Shown: positions 37,301 through 50,948, counted from the first letter of the whole stretch. The stretch is 52,139 nucleotides of DNA, filler included, from Ionaspis alba (GCA_964255285.1; 2 parts of 2 records of this genome joined end to end with filler, not necessarily neighbours in it), one strand, 5' to 3'. Notes: generated from the letters alone by a model not told the origin. Translations and numbers: made by a program.

Positions 37301-40300
37301 TGACCATGTATCCACAAGCCATGTCATGATGTCAAGGCACATGCCGAGCGCTACTTCGCATCTCTCGAGCTTGTATGGCGAGAGGATCTTATTACCGAGA
37401 TACCTTAACAGATTCAAACCACACTGGGCATCGATGTGAATATCTGAATCGCACAATTCTCTCCATAATGGGCTGCACAACAGGAATTCATGAACTTCGG
37501 AAGAAGTAACATATCCAACAAAATCGTACGGTAGAGTATGACTGTTGAGCCCCTCGTTCCCCGCAAGCTTCCGAGCCATTGACAGCAAGCAAATCTTGAA
37601 GCGCCGGGAGATCCGGGAAGACTCATAAGATGTGCTTGCCACGAGCCAGTCGTGGGGCAGCTGAGCGAGCGGATTCTCGACCTTCACGTGGCTGCTTTGC
37701 GATTCGAAACTCTCATCAACCTCCATGATATCGTTTTTTAGAGCGAGTTCATCATTGACGGAATGCAACTGATGCCAAAATTCCTGGCCAAAGTCCAATG
37801 TCATCTCAGATGCACCGCGAGATATCATATTGAGATGTTGAAGGGGAATATGTGGAAGCTCGAGCCATGATCCGAATGAGGAAAGAAGGCCATCGGCAGC
37901 GCCGAGGGGGTCGGTTTGTCGTGGAATTAGAGTCGCTATCCTTGTCCTAAGTGCGGTAGTCGCAGCGCGAAGGTTCTGCAGCTTGATCGAGTCCCTAAGA
38001 TGGTGGCTCGAAGCAACTCCAAATGACACCACACACGTAGAGCAAGCTATACGAACAACATCTACGTTAGTCTGTTGGGAGCGACTCGAATCGGACAATG
38101 CATCGTCAGCAAGCAGGGAAGTAATCTCAGCATGGAGGTATTCGGCGAACTTGTCTGTCAAGTTGTGAAGCTTAGCCTCTGGTAATTTTAAATCCACAAC
38201 CGGCGGTGTTACGGTGGGTATATGTCGTGAAGGTGAATCATCAGTGGTCGCTAGATGGAGGTAGCTGATCAGACGACTGCTGTATATCAAACGAAGCGCC
38301 GCTTGCGATATCGGGCCCAGCTCAATGGAAGAATAACGCTGACACGTGCCATCGGGAACACCCAGAATTGCGCAAACGAGGTTCAAAATGGCTGGAGCCT
38401 GACAATTTTGAGACAAGTGCAAAACTCGGGATCGATCCCCTAATTGCGCTATGATTTGTTTTAGCTAACCGCCTGCAGCAAAAAAGGCATGGCTTACAAG
38501 GCTTCCACCTCATAAGGAGCCAGCGAAAAACTCTTTCCGAGGTGTCATGAATCAGTCCGGGGTTGTACTTCGCTCTCTCATTGATGAGCGAGATCCAGAG
38601 GTTAGCAGCAGACTCTGCGAAAACGCTGGGTCCGTTGAGATCAACAGAAGAGAAAAGCGTATCAACAAAATCCGCGATATCTGAAAAGTCGACGAGGCCA
38701 GTGTTTAAGCTAACCGTCATCAAATGACAAGCTACCTGACACATAGAGACCGAGGTAACATTTCTCGCCGCAAGCTGCCAAATTCGAGCCCATGTGGCTT
38801 TATGGTTCGGTGACGAAAGATAACGTTTACATGCAGCGCTTCGATTACGTTCGTCAGCAGATTACATCGGCAGTAAGAAAGTATTCTTGTATACCTGCAA
38901 AGCACAAGCATTGACCAGTTCGCTACTAAGCCATTATCACTAGAAATGAAAGAAGTCATGACATCAAGTATCCTGCCCATGGTCTTCTCATCGAAATCAT
39001 TCTTATCGGTGACAAAAGCGAGCATCTGCAACGCGTACACAACAACGGACGTAGATGAAGATTCAAGGAGCTGAAGGACATCATCGATTGGAGTTGCTAG
39101 CTTGACACGCTTTCTCGGTGCTTCAGAGCTGTCATCATCATGCAAGTGGTATTCACCTTGCATCTTGTTATGAAGTAATGACAAGATCGTGGCATTGACA
39201 TGTAACAGTGCCCATGCTTGCTCAGCTCTCGGTGTTCTCAGATGTAGCCGGAAGGCAGACAAACTTAGAGGCGCTCCGGAACTCCCTTCATTGGATCCGT
39301 TGGATAATTCTAAGTCTTCCACCTGCATCTGATCCCTCTCAAGCCGTTTACCATACTCTATCTGTAGAGCATCCAGAAGCCCTTGCAAGTCGCTTGTACA
39401 ATCTCCGGTATCATCTTCTTGGAGTTGGCTTGGGAGTAGTGATTCTGAGGAAATCATGGTTATCAGCAAGTCTTCCTTCAAGGTTGATTTGAAATGCCAT
39501 AGACGTCGAATTATAGGAACCATGTCTGTAAATATGTCCCTTGCTAAAACGATATCTTCCGTGATACAACAACATAGGATGGAGTTCACAGCTTTGATGG
39601 CGGGTAAGTGGGCGCTTCCCACAGCGGTTGATACTTGTAGAAATTCCAGAATTGACGTAACAACTACCTGCGCTCTGTCAAGGATAGGAGCATTAGATGT
39701 AGAAACCAAACTGTAAATGCAGACAACCAGGTCCTCTACTTTGTTTCTGTCGTGACCCGTAATGGGCTTCCTGCCATCGGAACGACGACTCTGGCCGAGT
39801 GAACTTCCCATAGTACTAGGAGTCGCGGAGCGACTGAGGCGTCCTCGGATCTGGTCTGAGCCATTCAGCAGACTTTGGCCACCAGAGCTTGCCTCTGTAA
39901 TTTGAGCACTGTAGAAGCGCAAGGCTTCGATGCAGAAGTCTACCAATGTCTGCCATTCTCCTTGGGAAAGATGTTCTGGGTGCGGAGGGAAATCCAAAAT
40001 AGTTCGAAGCGATTTCAAGTAGTCATCAACGAGTGGTTCGCAGTATTGCTCGGTAGGGTCCGGCAGAGTTTGCGTAATATGATCAATCAATGCTTTGACC
40101 GTCTTCTTGCGAAGGGTGCGGACTCCTACTTCTACCCCTGTTCGCAATACTCCGGCGCATGTCGATAGTCTTGACTTAGACTGAGCTTTCTGTATCTTGC
40201 TGGCTTTGTTGAACTTTGGCTTTTCCTCCTGAGCCACAACAAACAGACATTCAAATAGCTTGTGATAGCCTTTGTCATCCAGAACATCGCTGTAGACATA

Positions 40301-40565
40301 TGAGCAAGCAGTACCCGCTTTAAGGTGAAGATCCACTAACAGCTTCGAGCTCCGACGGTTCTGAGCCAGTATATGCTTCAGGTCTGTGACTCATTAGAAC
40401 CAAGCCTCAAAGTCATTCTCATTGTAATAGTCATCATACCAGCAAGGCCATCGGCACGATCTTTAACTTTATGAGATCTGATAGCAACTGTGATGGGTCA
40501 GAATAGTGCCTATTGAGTGAGCCAGTCGACTAACTAATTGCATCACTAATGCTAATTTTGCTCAT
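31336..40565 (-). CDS. TEL1: Tel1/ATM PI3K-like protein kinase (about 2938 aa)
   Basis: TAN-like N-terminus ([32 protein letters not shown]), ESTTQESQ, kinase motifs [33 protein letters not shown], and FATC end LFCGWAAYA. Introns 40534-40488, 40439-40384, 40340-40290, 38894-38839, 38497-38449, 33950-33901, 33509-33454, 32382-32335. Confidence 0.95.
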
Positions 40566-41141
40566 CCTTGCTTGTAGTCATCACCACAGAAATTCAGGCT
40601 TAGATCCAAACAGCGCATGCATGAATCGACTGGGAAAAAGAGATTTACTCAGACAGAGATAGACTCTGCCCAATGGCCACATCAGTGTCGATAGGGCCAA
40701 TGCTAGAAGGACTCTCAAGAAAACATTGAATTTTGATTGTGATAATGTCAGTATCCACAGTTTCGGTAGTGCCTCGAACCATCAGTGTGTTAACAGTGTG
40801 TTAACATATCCAAAGTCAACTCGAAGATGTCACAGACGCACTTTCCCAGCCTCCTGTGCATCGCAGAGGATCTCTCACGCTCTAGGCTCAAAAGCAAGTA
40901 GCATACAAAACCGCGAGAGGAGAAGGTACTGGGCATTGTTCGGATAGACTCGGGCCGATACGCGGCTCAAAATTAAGGTTGGACGCGTCAATTCTTTGGT
41001 GAAGCATCGCGAATACGGCTTCAGAGGGAAATGCCAAAAAAATCGAGTTTTCCACCCGTATTGGCTTTAACAGCGCAATTCTCACCAATGAATAAAGGCG
41101 ACCTGTGATAAGCTCTCAGGTAAAGCTGCTTGATCTCGCCA
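40566..41141. promoter_or_regulatory. Putative bidirectional promoter between TEL1 and NUP192
   Basis: 576 bp between divergent ATGs. ACGCGT at 40983-40988, further CGCG cores nearby, and an 11-bp tandem repeat cagtgtgttaa x2 at 40783-40804. Confidence 0.55.
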
Positions 41142-44100
41142 ATGGTGGGTCAGGAGGGCCTGCCAGGCGATCTCGAAAGCCTACGAAAAGACCTCATTAC
41201 CTTATGCGAATCCCGTTTACGCAATGTTGAGCGACTCTGGCTCAATCTTGAGGCCCATATCGAGATCTTCCGGAAGCTATTGGATAAATTAGGCAAAAAC
41301 AATGAGAGCCGCAGAGCCGTCTCGTCTGGGACTGTTGAAATCGATGGCGACCAATACTCCATCAACGCTGAGTTCCAAGAGGAAACGCTACAGCTTGCAG
41401 ACGCACTTGATATTGATGAGATTGATGCAGCTCGAAGGCTACTTTTAGGACAGGAAGAGGCGGAATCTCTGGACAGATCACCTCTTGCATGCGCCGTCAT
41501 AAACTTCCACGAAGAGAGGCAATCCCTCCTTGATTGTATTCGGTTAGTACTTCAGCAAGCTGCAGATGAGGATCGAGATGAGGGAATTCGTACTGTCCTA
41601 CAAGAAGTGGTAGCACTCGTCCTCGAAATCAACGACGGCCAAGCGAGGAATGGGTCTCTCTTTGCCCGCAAATGCCTGACGGCCATGAAGGATTGTGAAA
41701 GATGGCTTCAGTCTCTGGCGGAAAGGGTCCAACGAACTGCGACATTAGGCCAAACTTCTGGCTTTGAATTTGGCGAAATCATGGCCATTCAACAAAGCAG
41801 TCTGCAGGAACAGCACGGGGCTTTGGGTGCTATTGTCACCCACTTGGTGAAGGCAAATTATACCGAAGTTGAAGACTTCCACTTCATCTTGAAAGACGTG
41901 AAATCCCTCGATAGATGGAGCAGCATGACCATACATTATGTCCCTATATTAATGTCCTTTACCGCACAGTATGGCTCACCCGAAGGAAGTGCAAATCTGC
42001 TCGAAGCACGAGGAATCAGCAATGCCATTCTGGAAGGCAGGGACTCCAATGTCTGGGCTCTCCCCCAGCTTCAGGCTGCCATGACTACATGGTGGTTGGC
42101 AGAATATAGTGGATGGTATTTCGACCAGCCAATTCATTCCCCATTGCAAGGCGTCAATCTGGAAGTCGAAGCGCAGACTCGATCCGAAGCATTTTTCCAA
42201 GCTCTTCGAGACGGAGCTTTTCAATGCACCTTATCGATCAGCTCCCAAGCGAAATCCAAGAATGCATACAATCCGGCAAGGATTGGACTCACTCGATCAC
42301 TTCTACACGATGCTCCCGCGTTGTCACCGGATTCTGCGCCCCTTTCACCATATCTCGACATCCTAATCATGGAGCAGATTGAGAACTTCACTGCTGCTTT
42401 GATATCCTACATGCCTGACACATTGAGAAAATTCAAGACCGAGGAGGATGATCAGCGTCGCCGGATTCTTTCGGGACTGCAAGTAGATCCTCAAAGTGGC
42501 GTCTCAGAACAAGATAGGCATCTTGAACGATTTTTGGTAATCGTATCCTATGCTTATGATGGGCGAGCAGATGCTGCCGCGGAATCATTCTGGGCGGACA
42601 CCGACAGCAATTACTACGGGTTTTTACAGTGGGCGTCGAGAAGACAATCAACCCCGTGTATCGCTGCATTCTGCGAGATGCTCATGGCTATCTCAGAAGG
42701 TGACGAGTGTGCTTCAGCTGCGCATAAATTTCTTATCGAAGAGATTCCGATCACGACTAACAGACTTCGAAGATCTATCTCTCTCAGCTGGGCTCAGATA
42801 TTTGAAGAATTGGATCTCTATGCCTCGAAGATCCGGGAATACCCTGCTGCATCTCTGCCCAGTACGCATCAAAACGGCAAGCCCAGACCTGTCGATATCG
42901 ATGAGCCGGAAAGTCCGATGATGTTAGAGTGCTACTTGCGTTTGATGCAACACTTCTGCAAAAACAGTCAGACCGCAAGATCCTGGATTTTATCACAGCC
43001 TACATTTCGCGTCATAGAGACATTGTTTTTACTCTGCAACAGTACGATTCCATCCGGAATTCGCGCTTGCGCTTATACTGTTTTGGCAGCCATCTTGATC
43101 GAAAAGACGGCGGATCTTGGAAATTATGTCTGGGCTACCCTGGATCTGTGGGTCTCAAGCGGATTCTCGCCCATCTTGGGTAGTTCCAGATCGGGAAAAA
43201 TAACGAATATGTCAGTGTCAGCAGAAGAAATTACATTCGACACCATCGCGCACGACTTGGAAGAATCGAATAGCTTTGTCTGCTTACTCCAGGAGCTTGT
43301 TTCGCCTTCCTCCGAAAACGTGAACTTGATGGATGCCTTACCTTTCCCCGAACAGCTGGGATCATCATATCGAATGCCAGGTATAGAGCCATACGTCGAT
43401 ATGGTTCTTGGGAAAGTCTTCGCAGGCCTGATTCCAAGACTGGACGATCCACTGCAGCTCCGAATTTATGGAGGCAACGCAATCAAATTTGCCTGCATCT
43501 GCCTGGAAACATTCAACGAAAATCTACTTATTCTCGCACACAATTCAAACATGGTCGTCGAGGCTTCTCTAAAAGCCTCATCTCTAGCAACTTACGCGCG
43601 ACTGCATCCTTTCAGTCGTGTCATCGAGTGGATGTTCAACGAACGTGTCGTCGACGCACTCTTCAAACTCGTCCATCAAGATATCCAGGAAGTCAATAAT
43701 TCCACACCTAATTCGCCCCTCCTCGAAGCTCTATTGCATTGCATTAAAGCAATGACCCTTACGTTGCATCTCCAGTCAGCGTATTTCGACATTGTCCGCC
43801 CATTAATCAAAACTCAGACCACTGGGCACAGGCTACCCGTTTCCAATCCAACTCTGTTTTCGTTCGAGGATAGTGTAATCAGCAACCCTAGCCTTATCGT
43901 TGATCTTGGATTATATGCTGGAAGTGGACATCACGAGTTAGTGTCTGCTTCCCTGAAATTGCTCGAGAAGTTTTCGATGTCAAGAAAACTGAACTCGTCA
44001 CAACCATCGAAATTCGGGTCACGCTTGACGAGCAATCGTCTAATCGGTGCTGTTCAACAGAATGGTGACCTAGAACCCATAGCTCGGGCACTCACTTCAG

Positions 44101-46295
44101 CTATGGTGTACGATGAACGAGAGGTCAGCGATGGTCCTAACACTTCTAGGTACCAAACTAAGCGTGCAATCTTGAATTTCTTGTGCAACACTCTGAAGTC
44201 TTGTCCTGACAGAACTACTCTCGCCCATGTATTTTTGGGTTTCAATTGTATCGGAAATTCTGTCAACATTACAGCGGACAGCTTATTTGCAAGACGAATG
44301 TCGCTTTTCCACGCTATCCTGCGCATCATCGTAGACTATCCAGAGTCGACAGACAATGTTATGATCTTCTGGTCTTTAAGTCTGAAGGAGGAGTGCGTGG
44401 AAATTGTGAAGTGCTTGTGGAGTTCTCCACTCACCTCTACATACACATTAGCCGAGCTAAGAGCCAGCGATTTCTTCTTTGCGCTGTGGCTGCGGCAACT
44501 TGCAATTGACCCCACCACAATATGGAATGGTCATTCTCTTCAAGACCCAGAATTCATATATCTTGAGTCTGCATTGGCGCTGAAAAGTTACCTTCGACAA
44601 CGTTGCGCTCTCTATGAATACGCAAGTACAGAGCTTCGCCTTGCTACAGAAGAAGGTGTACCATTGCTGCAAGCTCGAATGATCTCAACGTTGTTAGGAT
44701 CAACCACGATTGAAGACACGAATATAGAGAATCTTACACTCTTTGATCTCCTTGACTTCCTTGAACTGGATACGTCTGAGGTACCCTCACGGCCTGTGAC
44801 ACAATATCTCGAGAATCTTGATCTGAGCGTCTGTGAAGGTATTACTACCGAGGGATTCACCACAATTTTTGATCTCAAGGCACTCGACCAGCTCCATGCG
44901 TTACGCTACCAGGAGGTCCACAAACATGGATTACTCGAAGATGCGACCTCCTTGGAGAAATTTCACAACGAAGTTAGTACAAATATCTACCATTATCATG
45001 GCCTGAACAACGAACGTCAGCTCGATATTACTCGGATCGCAGCTCTCAAGTCCTGGGTTGATCTTGCCACGTTACTCATTGAGAGCGATGACTTAGGGAA
45101 AGAAAGCAAGTCAGCACTGGTCGTGCAAGCTCTTCAGATCCTCTCTCCAAAATTAGCGTTGTATACTTCTGCAGCTCTGCCGGAAGCTCTTATTCTTGCA
45201 CGATTTTTGCAAGCCCTCCTCGCTCAGCTGGATCTCAGTTCTTCCGTTCTAGGTAATGGACGAGCAGGTGATGTTGCGAATGATCGTCTTTTCCAAGTAT
45301 TCAGAATTGCTCTACGAGCGGTCCATAATCCTGACGTGACCAGTGTCCTTCGGGAAGCACTGTATAACGTGTGCTACAGATACTTGACATGCATGGCAGA
45401 GGTCGCAGACGCTCCGCTCCACCGTCGGCACAGTACTCAGGCAGTCAAGACAGCAGGAGAGACTCTGATTGATATCATATGCGATGACGCTTATAGCGGA
45501 GAGGGTACATGTCGCATTGCAGCACTCTTACTTCTCGACGCACTTACGCGCCTTGCGCATGAGGAAAAATCCTCGTACATGATAGAATCTCTAAGTCGAA
45601 CAAACTTCATAGTTGTTCTAGTGGAAACTATTAACGATATGCCAAATGAGCTTCGCGATTCTAGCGCACTCGGTGAGTCTCATACATCTCCTTTGCTAGA
45701 ACCACTCTCCTGCCTGAATTTCTCACTGACAAGTCCCAGAAATCCCTCTTCTCCTTGCAACTTACAAAAGCAAACTTTCTCTCCTCCTCACTATCTCTCA
45801 AACCCGCTCTGGTGCAACGCAAGTGCAAAACGCTGGCCTCTTCGCCGCGATCCGTAATTCTGGTCTCTTTGCTATCGACCCCGACTTCGGCCTCGAAATC
45901 GACAACCCTGATGCATTGGCCAAGTATTATGAAGTACTTCTCGCCGTCCTCCGTGTCATCGCGGCGATCGTGTTAAGCAGAGGCGCACAAAACGAGGCTA
46001 CCATAGCGGCTGCACGGGGCTTCTTGCTTGAGAATCGAACTACAATGGTCGGAATCTTTAAAAGGCACGCACGCGTTGGCGCTTTGCACGAGAGCAAGAG
46101 AGGCGTTGACAATGACACCGATGCCGAGGCCGACCTCAATGACTTGGTAGAATTTTATGTTCTATTGATTTCTCTGACAGATTTCATGGAGGTATGGTAC
46201 ACTATGGTCTTTGTGGAACAGTTCATCGTCACTAATTACAGCAGTACGAAGGATCACAAGACGAGCTGCGATCACGGCGCGGAGTTTTTTCATAA
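41142..46295 (+). CDS. NUP192: Nucleoporin Nup192/Nup205 (about 1677 aa)
   Basis: YSINAEFQEETLQLADALDIDE, HLERFL, GFLQWASRRQ, LPFPEQLGSSYRMPGIEPYVD, IICDDAYSGEG, DPDFGLEIDN. Introns 45673-45739 and 46192-46244 (or 46241). Confidence 0.9.
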
Positions 46296-46701
46296 CGGAC
46301 TCTTGTAGGGAAATGACCATGCAACTAAATAGTGCCAACGCCTTGGTAGGCACCAGACTCTCGTCATCGATATCAGACGATCAAAACAAGTCGGATGTAG
46401 CTCCTCCTGCGTATAAATTCCGGGAATCTTTGTTCCAGAATCTCCATGAAGTCAATTTAGAGAGACGATCTACGCTGTATGATAGAAGCATGATTGGCGT
46501 CCTGGGAACTCTAGAGGACAGACCTCTACGCCATTTGGAAGACTGTTTAATATAGCATTGATCATCTTACTGTGATGACGCATAAATTCTTGGAAATTTA
46601 TAAGGCCCGGTTTTCTTGGGAATGTTATTATGCCAAGAATTTTGTGCCTGCGAGCTGCAGATTCTACAGGTCCGATTGTCAGTTTCCAACTTTATCACGT
46701 A

Positions 46702-48730
46702 ATGTCGCGCTCCGAGGCCAATGGTTACTCACAACCTAATCCAGAGCAGCAAAATGCCCACCGTGTTGATATAGAATCGCAATCACCCCGAGCACATTTC
46801 ACGAGCGATCGTCAACCCCACAGCCCTGGAGCCGCTTCCATAAACTCTATCAAGCACCGACCAAATCGTGCCGCAACCGCACAGTCATACCAGCCACAGC
46901 TGAGAGGACGTAAATGGCGTCCAGGGCAAGAGCCAGGTATCGACGTCTCATCCCCACATGGCGGACAATTGGGCTCCGATTTCCATCAATTATGGCAAAG
47001 GTGTGACATCACGGTGGTGGACTTTTCACGAGATGATATGCGGATGCAGGAGCTGGACAATCATTCACTGGCGGTCTTTCTGCAAACGTCGAAGGAAGAC
47101 TGGGTTGCTTGTCGGTGGATCAGTGTCAATGGGTTGAGCTGGGATGTTATTCGGCTGCTGGGGTCGGAGAAGGGGTTTCATCGATTGGCGATTGAGGATA
47201 TGATGAATAGGAAGAATAGAACCAAAGTGGACTGGTACTCGGACCATACATACAGTACGGAGACCCTCAGCGTACGATATAATGATCACTGAACATGGAA
47301 TAGTTGTCCTTCCTGTGCAGAAGCTCATCGACATCCACGACGAGGAGTCAGATAGCTCTGATTCAGATGAACAAAGTTCTTCTCGTCTCCGAAGTGGTAG
47401 CAATCAGGAGATTAAAAGAAAGAAGGTGTGGTTTCGAAGGATCATGGGCCGTCACAAGTCTGAGTCTTCAGCTCCTAAATTTATAGACACTTCGAATGGA
47501 CGTCAACGTCGTGGTTCCACGAGAAGCCTACCCACCACGAACGGAGAAATAAGCAATGAAGCTCAGAATCCTGATCTACTTCCTGCTGTACCTACTCGAA
47601 CCCTCCAGCGATATCATGACGGAGCCAACGCTGAACGATCAGAATTCATGGAGAAGAACTCCGCTCTGACCAAGAAGCGATTAGCTGTTGCCGTCGAGCA
47701 AGTATCAATCTTCTTGACAGCCGATAACTGCGTGGTATCTTTCTTTGAGCAGTCGGCCGATGATGTCGAACATCCCATCATCTCGCGGCTCAGCAGTCCT
47801 GACACTGTTTTGCGGAGATCTAGTGATGCAAGCATGATCGTGCAGGCACTGCTCGACGCGATCATCGATCTTGCCATACCAGTGACCTCCGCTTACCAAG
47901 ATGCCATTGACGAGCTCGAGTTAAACGTCTTGACTGCGCCAGACATCCACAGCACATCTCCTCTCTACATCCTTACCAGCGAAATCAGCTCGTTCAGGGC
48001 CAATATTGCTCCTATTGCTAGTCTCATCAATGCGCTTCGCGACCACAAATCTGAAGCCGTAGGTGGCGGCCCTGGCTACAATGGCCATGTGACCAAATCC
48101 AGCACAACTTCTGTGACTATTACGCCAATCACGCATACGTATCTGGGTGATGTTGATGATCATATTGCTTTGATTATGGAGACGATCGATCAGATGAGGC
48201 ATGCGGCGGACAACATGATTGATCTTATTTTCAATACGATTGGTGGGCTTTCAGGTTCTACATTCGTTTGAAGGGAATTGCTGAGATTTGTAGGTGCTTA
48301 TCAAAACGAGAGCATGAAGCAGCTGACACTGGTAACGATTTTGTTCCTACCCTTATCCTTCTTGACGGTCTGTCCCATCTTATCCACCTCACATGCAAAT
48401 GCTCCATCTGACTCTTCTGACAGGGGTACTTTGGCATGAACTTTGCCTACTTCGACGGTGTGCAACTCAACAGCGATGCGTGCGTTATTCTGTCTTATGT
48501 GCCGTCGGCTTAGACTAACAGCAACTAGCTATTTTTGGAAAGTGGCATCTCCTGTCTGCTTCGTGGTGATCATGTGGCTCTCGTAAAGGGTATCCTTTTC
48601 GTCTCCTACTTCTTCCACTAACATACATCGCAGGAGAGGAGTGATCTATCGCTACTTCAGGACATTCACGCAAAAACGGCATATCTCGCAAGCTCGGAAA
48701 GCACGTAGTGCAAGGCCTAAACGACACTAA
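46702..48730 (+). CDS. CorA/Alr-family Mg2+ transporter (about 590 aa)
   Basis: [56 protein letters not shown] (GMN motif). Introns 47255-47303, 48243-48293, 48368-48423, 48480-48528, 48583-48633. Confidence 0.9.
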
Positions 48731-49485
48731 GGAACCAGATATACGGCATTTATAGTATTGGCATGATACCCCGGCGTTTGCAAATTCTGGGTTAGCACGA
48801 AGATTTTGCTCGAACAATTCTGGCCAATATGCGGTTACATAGATTTGCAAAATATTGGATATGAGAGACAAGTCGAATTTATTTTCGCTGCGGAGGCTTG
48901 ATTTACATGACATCCATATTCACTGGTACAACTTGTTGTATCTTAGGGTTCAAACGACGACGAAGTCGTGGCACATGGAAGCTCGTGCCGATCACCTTTC
49001 TTGGCAAACCCCTTCGATCCGACGTCATAGTACATGGAGGGGCCGAGGCCGTGGAGATATCACCCGCCGATGATACCAGAATACCGGGTTGGTGATAGAA
49101 GCGCGCTTTAAGCCTATGATTGGAAAACACAGGGCCTTGAATTAAGCCACAGGGTCACGAGCAGTGACATCAATCATCCCGTGAAGGAAGCTTGGAACAA
49201 CACGGGATTCTCCTAGAGCGCGTTTGTAGTGGGGCACGGCATATACTCTCCCCTCATCCCACTGCAATCATTTTCCTCCATCTACACCCATTGAACATTT
49301 ATCGTTTATTCCTCAAAGTTATAGCACAGTAGTACGAAGCCCAGCATACAGGAAGCTCAGATAGGATTGAGACAACCTGTACAATTCACTCTGCAGTCAT
49401 AGGCACACGACACACCTTTTACCCCTCTTTCCGCCAGGTACATCTACATAACTCACTTTCTCTCCACTACTCACAATTGGAGATC

Positions 49486-50948
49486 ATGGAAACCATTAAG
49501 AACGCAATTTGGGGTAGCAAAGAAGAAGCGGCGACCACTGAGCCGCCATCAGCCAGCGAGCCTGTGTCGGGAAGTGAACCTGTGTCGGGTGAGACAGGCA
49601 GTGGTACTGCTGGCGAGCCATTCGACTCTGGTAACACCACTGGTAAGTCAATAGTCTCTACCATCTTGAAGCCTGTGCCTGTTATGAGGACAAACTATCT
49701 TGTCCGGACTATCCTCGGGAGCACATGATTCATTTTATCTATGCTCTTTGCTATTACACGCTGGAATACTCTACCCACTTTACACTCGCAAATAAGTACT
49801 CTATGTCTTCGGTGACTGACTCGACCCCCATCAGCTGGAGCAGAGAACACGTTCGCTCGAGACCGCGGTGGTCCCGATCCTAACAATGAAGGTCCCCACG
49901 CAACCTCCATTGCAAACAAACTGGATCCCACAGTCGACTCTGATGGAGACGGCAAGCCCAAATCTGGTCCTAATGACCTAGAATCAACTTCAGGCTTCGG
50001 ATCAACCTCATCCAGAACAGGCATCACCGGCCAGTCGACTTCTACGACCGACAATGCAACCAGCTCTCACTCTGGCGGTGATACCACCAGCTCAACCACT
50101 CGTGACACAGCCGCCGGAGCCTCCGATGACTCTTCAAGCCGATCAGGCCCCACAGATACCACCAGCTCATCCAGCGGTCTCCCGCCTGCCGGCTCCAGCT
50201 CCGATACCTCATCGGGCGCCCTCCCAACCCAAGCCTCCAACCTGAACGCCCCCGGTGCAGCCCAAGCCTCCGGCGGGCATATTCGTCCCGAGCACGACCA
50301 TGACAAGACTGGTGTGACAGACATGCACAGCACGCACGCAGCCCCGAACACAGCAACCGGCTCATCTGCCGACGCCTCCACAGCTGGCGGTGTTGGCACC
50401 ACCGGCGGAGTCGAACCCTCTGTTGGTGCTGCCCCAGAGTCCGGCTCCAACATCGGGCAGAAACAGCAAGGTGCGGACCGGCCGCATGAGGAGCCCAGCG
50501 AAGAGCAGACCGGTGCGATCAAAGATAAAAAGGAGACGGCTGAGAAAGCGATGGATCCCGATGATAAGAGTGGGGCTCCGCTGGGCACTGTCGACCACGG
50601 CGATGGAAGCTCGAGTCACAAAGGCAGCGTTGCAGACCAGTCAAAGGAGAAGGGTACAGGCGAGATATGGGTCAAGAGTACAGGGGTGGCGGCTGAGGGT
50701 GGGGATTTTGATGCGAAGAAGCCTGGGGCGGGGAAGGAAGCTGATCGTGAGTCTTGTCTTTAATCTTGTGCTGGTAGGAGTGCCTCGCTGATGCTGAGAA
50801 TGTAGGTTTGCTTGAGGAGAAGGGAATCCACCACGGCACGTCCGGCCCACCTGCTACGGAGCCGGAGACGAGTGGAGGGCTTGATTCGAGCGGGAAGCCG
50901 AGTATGGGACAGAAATTGAAGGAGAAGTTGCATATTGGAAAGCACTGA
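49486..50948 (+). CDS. Low-complexity Gly/Ser/Thr-rich hydrophilic protein (hydrophilin-like, about 403 aa)
   Basis: Exons 49486-49642, 49835-50746, 50806-50948. Recurrent fungal motifs EPVSGETG..GEPFDSGN, GPHATSIANKLDPTVDSD, STGVAAEGGDFDA..PGAGKEADRLLEEKG, GQKLKEKLH. Confidence 0.8.

Noticed and set aside
6784..46295. Functional 'genome-stability cluster' (CDT2, CAND1, TEL1, NUP192) and lipid-transfer pair (OSH4, FMP27)
   Set aside because: These are core genes interleaved with unrelated ones, and CDT2 and CAND1 are on different sides of an unverified contig join.
13380..46353. Numerous antisense or alternate-frame ORFs of 60-190 aa inside FMP27, CAND1, TEL1 and NUP192
   Set aside because: Shadow ORFs of long coding sequences with no independent motifs.
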